A DNA stretch of 53,162 nucleotides from a virus (taxonomy: Duplodnaviria > Caudoviricetes), in IMG/VR virus record IMGVR_UViG_3300024323_000009, positions 1-53,162 of that record; one strand, written 5' to 3'. The notes under the pieces were generated by a model. It searched no databases, was not told the DNA's origin, and was given only the letters and a program-made list of their open reading frames with translations. A program made the translations under genes and the position numbers. Shown one piece after another: positions 18,209-27,800 of this stretch (its first letter is position 1; each line of letters begins with the position of its first letter).

Positions 18209-19180
18209 ATGGCCGTCAAATACATCTTAGAGCAAGCTGGATTGAAGGTGGGACTCAATCCACAAGCGCCGGGAGATAGGGCAGTCCTACTCCGCTATTT
18301 GAATGAAGCTGCGTCGGAAGCATACGATCAAGCAGACGTAGATGATATGCTATTCGAGGGTTTGTTTCAGTGCAATGGCGACCAGCAAATAGCATTGCCG
18401 CCGGATGTTGGCCCTTTGCGTGCGATGCGCGAGTATTCGACGCATGTTACTTGGCGTTTGGAGCGTCAGCGTAACCGCTATAACCCCGTGAATTGGAAGA
18501 ATAGGTGGCGTAATTGGCGCGAGAAGGGAACGTCGCCGATTATGTATCCTGTCGTCAATCAAAGCACCGTGACTATAACGGTGCCCACTATTGAGAATCC
18601 GCCGATAGCGATTAGTGTGACTGGACCAACACAAGCAGCGAATAGTATCTCCGAGACAATAATAATGGATGCGTCGAGTAAGAGCACTATCGCGGCCTTT
18701 ATGAATATCACGGCGCTCAAGAAGGATAGGGTGAATACTCTCGATGTGACAGTGAAGGATGCTGATAGCACTGTTCTCGCGGTCATTCCTAACAACATGC
18801 TCCAGATGCGCTATCGCTTGCTCGACGTATCGCTATATCCGTGGACTTCTACTGCCCAAAGCGCGGTCGATCATTGGATGGAGGTCTTATATAAGCAAGC
18901 GTTGCCGTGGCTTTCTAATGATGAAGACGAGTATCCTGCGATTGGATACGATAACATACTAGTGAATAAGGTGCTCCAGCTGTGGGCCGAAGAGCAGGGT
19001 AAGGGTAGTGAAGCGATTGCGTATGATGCGAAGGCTACACGCAGTATGGCTCGTAAAAAGGAAGATCAGAATAGGGGAGTGCAAGACGAAGCTGTAATTG
19101 ACGAGAATCCACATGATACTTTGTTGCCACGCAATCGTCCACTAGGACCGGCACGCTATTCAGGACAGGTCTGGTACTAG
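18209..19180 (+). CDS. Putative head-tail adaptor / tail tubular protein A
   Basis: LLRYLNEA N-terminal helix, and position before the nozzle-like gene. Confidence 0.55.
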   Translation: MAVKYILEQAGLKVGLNPQAPGDRAVLLRYLNEAASEAYDQADVDDMLFEGLFQCNGDQQIALPPDVGPLRAMREYSTHVTWRLERQRNRYNPVNWKNRWRNWREKGTSPIMYPVVNQSTVTITVPTIENPPIAISVTGPTQAANSISETIIMDASSKSTIAAFMNITALKKDRVNTLDVTVKDADSTVLAVIPNNMLQMRYRLLDVSLYPWTSTAQSAVDHWMEVLYKQALPWLSNDEDEYPAIGYDNILVNKVLQLWAEEQGKGSEAIAYDAKATRSMARKKEDQNRGVQDEAVIDENPHDTLLPRNRPLGPARYSGQVWY

Positions 19181-19191
19181 TATTTCACTCA

Positions 19192-20943
19192 ATGAGCGAG
19201 TATAATCAAACATCATTCAAAGGTGGGATGAATCTCATCTATGATGATACGCGGATTGGTGAATCAGAATACCGCGAGGGTTTCAACATTCGCAATCGCT
19301 TCGACGTGCTAGACCAGATTCAAGGTGCAGCAGAGATTATTTCGCCACCCGGCCCTAAACAAGGGTTGTTTACGTTTGGAGACTACTTATTATTGTTCGT
19401 AGGTGGACTAGCCTTCTATCAATTCCGCGATACTCCGGGATGGCAAATAGTGCCGAACTTCAAAATGTCAGAGTCGGCACCGCGAGTATATGTCTGTGTT
19501 GTGCCAGTTAATACGACGAATTACGCGAGATTTGCAGTTCAACAGTCAGATGGTTCTGTGAATGCCGATGCTAAGATAAGTGTGCAACGCAATAACTCTA
19601 GCGCAGCATTCGGGAATGTATCGGGATTGGTTGTCCAGAATGGCATAGACCAACCGTGGTTCATATTTGTGAGCACAGTAGGGATAGTAGCGAAAGTAAC
19701 ACAGAAATATACAGAGTGGTTCTTTTCTGCTGAGGTTGACAAGCGCGAGTATGTGCCAGTCGGCACCTTCATGGAATGGTGGGAAGGGATGCTACTAGTG
19801 GTTGCGCCGGATTTTGAGAATATCTATCGTAGCGTTAGTGGACGCCCACTTGATTTCGTGATTGACGTAGATCAAAACGGTCAGAAGGCTGCGACTGAAA
19901 AGGGTGGTGGTGCAGATGTTACGTCGTATAGTGTGGGTATTGGCGGCATTACGTGTATCCGCGCTATGTCAGATGGTGGACTATTCGTCGCGTGTAGCAA
20001 TGTGACGTGCTTTAAGGTAACGGTAGATAGGTCGAACAATGCGAGGACGATATTCGGTGAACCCACCTTCATCCGTCAATTCCTCTTTAATGCTGGCTGC
20101 ATGAGTGATCGTACGATTGTAGATATTCTAGGAGACACTGCCTTCATAGACCTAGATGGATTACGGTCATTCAATGCAGTCCAGCAATACCAGAATGAGG
20201 GTAGAAACTCGGTGTTCTCATTGAAGTTAGCACCGATTTTCAAAGACATTACTCAGCTACCAGATACTACTGCTGCAATAGTCTTCGATAACTATGCGAT
20301 GTTTGGAGTCAACACACACTATGGCTACGTGATTGTGGTATATGACACGTTGAATTCGTGCTTCTCGTCACTCGATAACATCACTCAAGGGCGAGCAGTA
20401 CGGCAGTTTGCGAAGATTGACACCGATGTGAGGCGATTATATTGTATTACCGAGGATGACCGAGTACTACAGCTATATGCGCAGCGAGATGGCTTCGGCA
20501 ACCCTGTATTCGCTACTAGCACCGTCCGTCTCCAGAGTATGTGTGCGAGTGTTATGTATCAGGACTCGACTGTAAAGATGCAGTGTCCTAAGACGGAAAC
20601 ACGGTTGACGGAGTTTCGAGCACTACTCTCGGGATATAGGGCACCTTCGACAGTATCAGCTAGTGTCTATGTGGACAACCGTTTCGCAATAGCGTTACCA
20701 GATAAGCATTTGGAGTCGCCGGTCTATAATGGTTCTACTCCCTATGGTGATATAGGCTCTAGTGTCTCGAATCTAATGTGGACGATAGCAGCTTCCGGTT
20801 GCAAACAGGGATGGAAGACGTTCGTAACTCTAGAGTGGACTGGTGGAGGAACTATTACGAATGTGTATGCGTTGTTGCAAGATATTACACCGAAGAACTC
20901 CCTCAATACACAAGCTAACCTATTGTCTCAACCCTCGGCATGA
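19192..20943 (+). CDS. Putative tail nozzle / tubular protein B (P22 gp10 / T7 gp12-like)
   Basis: Begins QTSFKGGMN, is beta-rich over 583 aa, and sits in the typical podovirus position. Confidence 0.65.
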   Translation: MSEYNQTSFKGGMNLIYDDTRIGESEYREGFNIRNRFDVLDQIQGAAEIISPPGPKQGLFTFGDYLLLFVGGLAFYQFRDTPGWQIVPNFKMSESAPRVYVCVVPVNTTNYARFAVQQSDGSVNADAKISVQRNNSSAAFGNVSGLVVQNGIDQPWFIFVSTVGIVAKVTQKYTEWFFSAEVDKREYVPVGTFMEWWEGMLLVVAPDFENIYRSVSGRPLDFVIDVDQNGQKAATEKGGGADVTSYSVGIGGITCIRAMSDGGLFVACSNVTCFKVTVDRSNNARTIFGEPTFIRQFLFNAGCMSDRTIVDILGDTAFIDLDGLRSFNAVQQYQNEGRNSVFSLKLAPIFKDITQLPDTTAAIVFDNYAMFGVNTHYGYVIVVYDTLNSCFSSLDNITQGRAVRQFAKIDTDVRRLYCITEDDRVLQLYAQRDGFGNPVFATSTVRLQSMCASVMYQDSTVKMQCPKTETRLTEFRALLSGYRAPSTVSASVYVDNRFAIALPDKHLESPVYNGSTPYGDIGSSVSNLMWTIAASGCKQGWKTFVTLEWTGGGTITNVYALLQDITPKNSLNTQANLLSQPSA

Positions 20944-21320
20944 AAGTTGCTACAGCAGTAACAGTTCCGCGATTAGTGAAGTGGGTTCTAGAGAATCGGC
21001 GCGATAGAGCTTTTCACGGATGGACACTAGAGCAGATTGGCTGCAATATACTCTATGGTATAGAACATCGTTGTATGTTCTACTCGACTGATAGTGAGGG
21101 AATGCTGAATGGTATTGCAGTATCGAGCCGTGATGACTCGAAGCGAGAGATATACGTTCACGCAATGCTAACAACTCAGCCACGAGTAATGCGAGATTTT
21201 GTACTGGCTTTTGCTAAGCACTTCCCCGGCTACTCACTAGTTGCAACTCGTCACGATAGACCACACACTTTCAACCTAAAACGATTGATTCCAAAACTCT
21301 TAAAAGGAGCACAGCACTAA
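20940..21320 (+). CDS. Small GNAT-like assembly protein
   Basis: Position between nozzle and ejection genes, with an alpha/beta pattern (GIAVS...EIYVHAML). Confidence 0.4.
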   Translation: MKVATAVTVPRLVKWVLENRRDRAFHGWTLEQIGCNILYGIEHRCMFYSTDSEGMLNGIAVSSRDDSKREIYVHAMLTTQPRVMRDFVLAFAKHFPGYSLVATRHDRPHTFNLKRLIPKLLKGAQH

Positions 21321-21321
21321 T

Positions 21322-22464
21322 ATGGGAGACTACGGCGGTTCAGCACCCAGCTACGGCGAGTATATGAATGCCCTCAGTAATTACTATACTGGGGACATTG
21401 GAAGCTATTCGCAGTCGGTCAACAATGCGTCGCAGCAGAACGATTTGAGTAACTTGGGTATCTCGAACCTACTCACGCAAGGATACTCGAATATAGGGTT
21501 GCAGAACCTTACTAACTATGCAATGCCCTACAATCAGATAGGACAGCAGATTGAGAATAGTAATGCACAAGCAGGTGCGAATACTAACCTCGCGCAGATT
21601 AGCGGTGCAGGTGGGCAAGTGTCTAGAGTGGCGAACCAGTTAGAGCAGCAGGTTAACCCAGAGTACTATCAAATACGCGGCGCAGCGGGTAATCAGGCGA
21701 CCAATCTCGTCAATAGCATCAATCTGAATGGATTGAGTGGTGGTGAACAAGCAGCAGTGGAGCGTTCATTAGCACAGAGCAATTATGCTAGTGGGAACTT
21801 GGGACTAGATAATGCTACTAATGCCGTATCGAACGCAATGAACTTTGGTGACTACTTGAATACGAAGCGGACGGCACTTAGTAATGCGTTGAACACTGCC
21901 TCTACTACGATGAATGCGGTGAATAATACGTCGTGGAACCCTGTATCAACAGCGTTGTCGCAGCCTGATAGTAGCACTCAGAGCAACTGGGGAACGTCGC
22001 AGTTCGCCGGAACTACTAAGGCATCCGGCACCAATGAGAATACTACCTCATCGGATTTAATGTCTAGCATATCGTCGTTACTAGGTTCTCAGATGGGTTA
22101 TCAGTATTCCGCGAACGCTAGTAACTCTTTCGGCGGCATCTTGAGCAGTCAAACCTCGTCAATAGGTGACGTTTGCTGCTTCATCTTTCTCGAAGCTTAT
22201 CATGGTACGTTGCCGTGGTGGGTTAGGGAGTGCCGAGACTATTATTATCGTGAGTGTCCGCAGCTAGCTTCCGGGTATCGCCGCATGGCGAAGTGGCTAG
22301 TGCCGATTATGCGGCACTCACGATTAGTTCGTGGACTGGTGTGGCATGTTATGGTGAAGCCGATTACAGAGTATGGGAAGTGGATGGTTGGACTATCCGC
22401 TAAAGCGAGTGGTCGTGCTAGTCGTAACTTCTGGTTCCGAGTGTGGAGCTACTTAGGGCGATGA
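21322..22464 (+). CDS. Putative ejection protein with a CFI-box-like C-terminal domain
   Basis: N/Q/S/A-rich body. C-terminus reads CCFIFLEAYHG...RECRDYYY...GYRRMAKWLVP. Confidence 0.6.
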   Translation: MGDYGGSAPSYGEYMNALSNYYTGDIGSYSQSVNNASQQNDLSNLGISNLLTQGYSNIGLQNLTNYAMPYNQIGQQIENSNAQAGANTNLAQISGAGGQVSRVANQLEQQVNPEYYQIRGAAGNQATNLVNSINLNGLSGGEQAAVERSLAQSNYASGNLGLDNATNAVSNAMNFGDYLNTKRTALSNALNTASTTMNAVNNTSWNPVSTALSQPDSSTQSNWGTSQFAGTTKASGTNENTTSSDLMSSISSLLGSQMGYQYSANASNSFGGILSSQTSSIGDVCCFIFLEAYHGTLPWWVRECRDYYYRECPQLASGYRRMAKWLVPIMRHSRLVRGLVWHVMVKPITEYGKWMVGLSAKASGRASRNFWFRVWSYLGR

Positions 22465-23249
22465 CTGTCGTAGCTCTAGTATCAGTTCCAGAAGGTGCCG
22501 ACTTCGATGTTTGCACGTTAGCATTCTCGTCGCTACGAGTTGGCTTTCCCTCTGCGACAATTAAAGTGTATGATAATGGTAATGGCGAGGAAGTTACTAG
22601 TAGGTTGAAGCCTCTCGCAGACAGTATCGGCGCTGAACTCCATAGGTGTATCGAACCAAAACACCACGCTGATTGGATTAGCCTCATGGTTAGGATGCAC
22701 GATGGACCACTACGAGTAGTAGATACTGATACTATCTGGTGGGAGAGCTGTGAAGGATTCGATTTCGATTCTCCGCTAGCAGGCCGGTTCGTTCCTACTA
22801 TGTGGAATGAGTTCTCTCAGTGTCCGTCGTTTGCTCGCTTACATACGTCATTCATGTGGATACGTGATTGTGCAGAGTTATGCAACCGCATCAGGGAAGC
22901 GTATCCTCCAGCGCATTCGGCGTGCGGAGAGTATTGTCCATGCAACCCATTCCTACCAGCAGTTGGCTTCGTAGGTGGTAAGCCAGTGTTTTGGGATTCT
23001 ACTGCGATGCTCTACAATATGATAGGTGGTGCTCATTTCGAGCCGAAGCATTTGGAGTGCTATACGCATGTGAATTCGGCGTCGTTCTATAAAGTAATGC
23101 TCGAACGAGTAGAGAACAAGACAGCTTTCGCACGACAACATGAGCTAGCTAAGTATGAACCCGAGAAGCTTCGAGGATTCTGGCGTGCCGAGGACCGTTA
23201 CTATGCCGAGATGAATCGGCGATATTTGGAAGGAGTTAATAAGCAATAA
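22461..23249 (+). CDS. Glycosyltransferase-like protein (GT-A fold)
   Basis: IKVYDNG and VVDTDTIWW (DxD) motifs. ATG at 22461 overlaps the upstream stop. Confidence 0.5.
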   Translation: MTVVALVSVPEGADFDVCTLAFSSLRVGFPSATIKVYDNGNGEEVTSRLKPLADSIGAELHRCIEPKHHADWISLMVRMHDGPLRVVDTDTIWWESCEGFDFDSPLAGRFVPTMWNEFSQCPSFARLHTSFMWIRDCAELCNRIREAYPPAHSACGEYCPCNPFLPAVGFVGGKPVFWDSTAMLYNMIGGAHFEPKHLECYTHVNSASFYKVMLERVENKTAFARQHELAKYEPEKLRGFWRAEDRYYAEMNRRYLEGVNKQ

Positions 23250-23250
23250 T

Positions 23251-24888
23251 ATGGCTAGAAAGAAAAGCGGACACCACACAACGGCATTGGGGTTATTGGC
23301 TGGAACAGGACTAACTTCTATGTTGGGCGGCGATTCTACGCCTGACCCCAATGAGGCATATGGTTCTGAGAATCTTGCGGATGCTAACAGCACAAACCCA
23401 TTATATCTGGATAGTCAGGGTAATGATGTTAGCAGTGCCGCGCAGAAGTATGGAACGAAGAACCGTTATGTAGAGCCAACTGCGGGTCAACGGATGTTTA
23501 GACCGGCGTTGGCACAGCAGATTGACACTCTCAACACTAAGTATATCGATCAACCTCTAGCAGCTCAACAGCAAGAGCAAACTACACAGGACATACTTCG
23601 TCCGAAGGTTAGAGCGGTGATGGAACATGCTGCGAAGGTATCAGGTGGTGATCCGTCGAAGATCAGCAATGAAGATGTGGATGCGATGGTATTGCAACAT
23701 GGAGCAGAGGCTAGTAATAATGCGCTTTCGACGGGAGTGTTGAATACTGAAAGACTTAATCAAACCTTGTCTAAACTAGGAACACCAGAACGAGAAGCTT
23801 CACTGCAAGATTATACTACACGAACGGCACATGAAAAAGCTGCAAAGGATTACTATGCTGGACTAGGAGGCGCTCAATCTGACGAAGCTTTAGCGCAAGC
23901 TAGATATGGAAGTGCATTGGCGGGTGGGAGATTGAATATACTACCATTAACACTAGGAGCCGAAGCTTCTCAGGCAGCTTACGGGAGTGCTCTCAATGAC
24001 GCAAGATTGCCGTACGCTGGCAATGCTGCTAGTGCAGAAAATGCAGCAAACATACTTAGTACGGCACAAAGTAATGCAGAACTTCCCAATGTTAGTCGTA
24101 AGGCTCTAGCAAGTGGACTGATTGCTGACTATACAGGCACTAACACTAAGGACGAAATAGCAAATCTACCACTATCAAACGCTGCTCGTCAAGCCGAAGC
24201 ACAACGAGCGATTGTCAATGCTAGAACTATAAATCCCGGTCCTGATAATCCGAACATGAGGATGATAAATGAGAATGGAACAATATCGTCCGCTCCTAAT
24301 CTCTATTATAGTCCTTCGATGTTGAATAAGATGGGAACTATGCAGCAGTTTGGACAGCAGTATGGTGGCCAGAATACCCAAGGTGGAACAGCGATATTAC
24401 CGAATGGTTCGGCGGTAGTAGGGTTGCCTCGTAAAGCACAGACTATTCCGGCGCTCTCTGTACTTCCTATCTCGTCAGCTACTAGCACTAATGCGTCGGC
24501 TCCTCCTATCACTCAGTTCGCCTCTCAGCCCTCTAACTATGGATTAACTACTCCATATCCGACAGTCACGCCATCGAGTAGTCCAGCGGTGACTCCTACA
24601 CTCTCGTCACCTCCTACCGCTACATCGCCGGGTTACTATTCTCCACAGACGACACTACCTACTAGTAGCATGGGGCCAACTTCGCTGACGACTGGGCAGA
24701 GTGCGTTGCCACAAGGAATGCAACAGGCTATTCAAAGCAATCAGGCAATACGAGATGATAGGATTAAGTCGCTCCTCGACCGGCAGAAGAAGTATCCTAT
24801 CTATATGAAGTATAATGGTGAGGCTGAGGAACTGCAAAACTTGTTGCAGCAACAGCACCTACAACAGATCATGGATAACTCCCAGTAA
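23251..24888 (+). CDS. Putative internal virion/ejection protein
   Basis: 545 aa, A/Q/S/T/P-rich, just before the giant internal protein. Confidence 0.6.
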   Translation: MARKKSGHHTTALGLLAGTGLTSMLGGDSTPDPNEAYGSENLADANSTNPLYLDSQGNDVSSAAQKYGTKNRYVEPTAGQRMFRPALAQQIDTLNTKYIDQPLAAQQQEQTTQDILRPKVRAVMEHAAKVSGGDPSKISNEDVDAMVLQHGAEASNNALSTGVLNTERLNQTLSKLGTPEREASLQDYTTRTAHEKAAKDYYAGLGGAQSDEALAQARYGSALAGGRLNILPLTLGAEASQAAYGSALNDARLPYAGNAASAENAANILSTAQSNAELPNVSRKALASGLIADYTGTNTKDEIANLPLSNAARQAEAQRAIVNARTINPGPDNPNMRMINENGTISSAPNLYYSPSMLNKMGTMQQFGQQYGGQNTQGGTAILPNGSAVVGLPRKAQTIPALSVLPISSATSTNASAPPITQFASQPSNYGLTTPYPTVTPSSSPAVTPTLSSPPTATSPGYYSPQTTLPTSSMGPTSLTTGQSALPQGMQQAIQSNQAIRDDRIKSLLDRQKKYPIYMKYNGEAEELQNLLQQQHLQQIMDNSQ

Positions 24889-24899
24889 CTACTCTGGTT

Positions 24900-27800
24900 A
24901 TGCCTATCAAACGTCAGTTGACAGATGAGGAATTGGCAGAGTTAGATCGTCAAGGGTATGATGTGTCACAGGTGCCGAAGGATGGAGTGACGGTATTATC
25001 GCCAGAGGAGCAGCAACAACAGGCACTCAAGGCACAAGGAGAGCAGCAGGGACAACTCGGCGCTGTCGGCGCTACTCTCAAGGGACATGCTGGTTCTCTC
25101 ATAGGTGGTGGTGCAGGGGCATTAACAGCTGGTGCAGTAGTGCCAGCTATTGCCGCATCATGGGCAGGTGGGCCGGTTACTGGCATACCGGGAACATTGC
25201 TAGGACTAGGTGCGATGGCGGCGGGTGGATTAGCTGGGTCTTATGCTGGCCAAAAAGCACAAGAGGCGATATTGCCGCAAGCGACGAATCAACAGTTACA
25301 GCAGGCAGCAGTGGCAGCACAGGCAGCGTATCCAAAGACAGCACTAGCTACTGATGTGGGTGCTGGAGCACTACTAAGTGGTGGCAGACCATCATTGACA
25401 GTTCCGAGTCTAGCAGGTAGTGGACTTAAGAAGATATTGACTCAAGGCATAGCTTCACAGTTACTCCCACAAGAAGCTAGTGCGATACGTAACGTGGTGA
25501 CTATGAACGCGGCGAATCTAGGTGTGAATGCCGGATTGCAGGCTGCGACGACTGGGAAGGTGGACCCCACTGAGCTTGCTGCGTCAGGACTAGCAGGAGT
25601 TGCGTTCTCACAACCTAACTTCCTTGGTCGAAAACTGTTGAAGTGGGAACCGCTATCACGAAGTGCCGCACCACAAGCTGAGACTCAAGCGACTCCTTAT
25701 ACTATTGAGGATGGTCAGATACAAACTGTGGAGCAACGTCAAGCGAGGCAGAAGCAGCAGGGCAACGAGGATTGGCAGCGCCAGCAACTAGAGACGCAGC
25801 AGGCGAATGAGTATTCGGCGCAACAGGCTGCACAACTAGAAGCGCAACAACAGCAACAGAGAGATGCCGCTGAGTATCGCCAAGCGAACTGGAAGTCCCT
25901 CTCTCCGGCTCAACCTGCTAATAAGGACGGGACTCCTAACTATATGGTAGGCGATCAGGGAGTGAAGAGGGCGTGGTTGAAGCGCAACTCGGAGCCGGTT
26001 CCTGATGATGCGGACGAGATTACCCGAGCATCGGTACAGGCGCGTAACAACCTCTTGAAGCAAACTCCTGTAAGTCAGATGCGCGACGAGATGTATGTGC
26101 AGGACTTGGCGACGAAAGACCCAGAGGGCTATCAGCAATATCAGCAACAGCAACAGGCTCAGATGCAACGCATCCAACAGATGCAACAAGATGTTGCTAG
26201 CCAGAATGCTAGAATAGCGAATCAGACAGAAGCGCAGAAGCAAGCGTTGGCACAACAGCAAGCGCAGGCTAAAGCGCAACAGGTGCAGGCTCAACAGCAA
26301 CTCGCGGCACGTCAGAAGCGTCACGATGATTTCGTAGCAGCATTCCAACGCGATCAACAGGCACAACGTCAGATAGAGGCGGAACAGCTTAGACAGCAGA
26401 TACTAGGGAGGGGTTTGGAGCAACGTAGCGCGGCGACTGGCACCGCCGAGATGCAAGCGAAAGCTGCGAGAGAGGCAGCATTTGCACAAGCGGAGCGAGA
26501 GGGTGAGGCTGCTAGACAGCGTGCGCTAGAGATAGAAGAGCAGCAGCGCCGAGATGAAGGGGATACACGCTATCAAGGTGTTACTCCCGGCGACAAAGAA
26601 GTATCTAGAGCTACTCCCGAACTCCTCGGAGAAGCCGCGAAACGAGCTACGACTATCGGCCAACTACAGCCAGAAGATCGCTTAACTATCCCAGAGACTG
26701 GCGGCGAGGCGAGAGGAGCGGCGAGGATAGGGGAGCGGTTGATCTTGCTATCAAGGATGGCGACGAAGGATACCGGCTATCACGAACTCCTACACCAGAC
26801 ATTGAGTGATATGGACAAGAGTGGCGATAGGTATATGATGGAACTCGCTGGGAGGATGCGCCGAGTCCATGCGGGAGAGGAGCAACTAGCGCAACAGGGT
26901 GGAGAGCAATACCAGCAGCAAGTCGAAGGTCGTAGGAATATGATGGCGAAGGCAGGCTCTACACTCAAAGATGTCTATGCTGCGTTATCGGCGCGATTGG
27001 GGACGGAGAATCCGGGCCTTTTGAGGAGGAACCTAATCGCTATCGCTAGAGGGGCGAGTGGGCCGGAGACACCATTGATAGCGAAAGCTAGTGCAGCAAT
27101 AGGCGGAAAAGGAATCATACACTATAATACTAATGATGACTTCAAACGCTACAATGAGTTAGTATCCAAAATCCGAACCGCTCAATTATCTGAAAGACCT
27201 TCTATCTGGAAAGAACTAGAAGAGATTAAGAACCGCAATGGTGGAATGCCACCACAAGGTGTTCATATTGATGGCTCTAACGGTACTAAGTATCAAGGTG
27301 TTGAACCTGAACAACAGCGTAGAGTGGCTGGAGCTAATGTTAATCGTGCTCTAGGACTACTCGGCGCTTCTATGTATGATAAGAACTATTCTCAAACTGC
27401 GGTTAAAGAGATGGTTCAGAATGCTTTTGATGCGGTTAAAGGAGTCAATGAACCAACTATTCGACTACACTTGGAAGAGAGTGGTGGAGAGACTATAGGA
27501 GTTTCTGATAATGGTCGTGGAATGACTCCAGAGATAGTGTTGACTAAGCTTCTTCCAGCATTTGAGAGCGGCAAAGAAAGCACAGAAAGTGCTGGCGGCT
27601 ATGGATTAGCGAAAGTTGCACTTTTTAGTGGTGCTGATGACTTTAGAGTAGTGACAGTTGCAGAACATCAAGGGCAGAAGTTGCAGACAGAGGTGAATGG
27701 TGATGGCAAAGCATGGCTAGACTTCGTGAATCATGGTGCTGATTTGCCACTTGACCTGAACCAACCGGGCAGACATACACTCGACAGCAAGGGTGATTTA

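Noticed and set aside
25740-26560. CAG/CAA-rich repetitive DNA
   Set aside because: Explained by the Gln/Ala-rich coiled coil of the giant protein. It is not a DNA repeat array.
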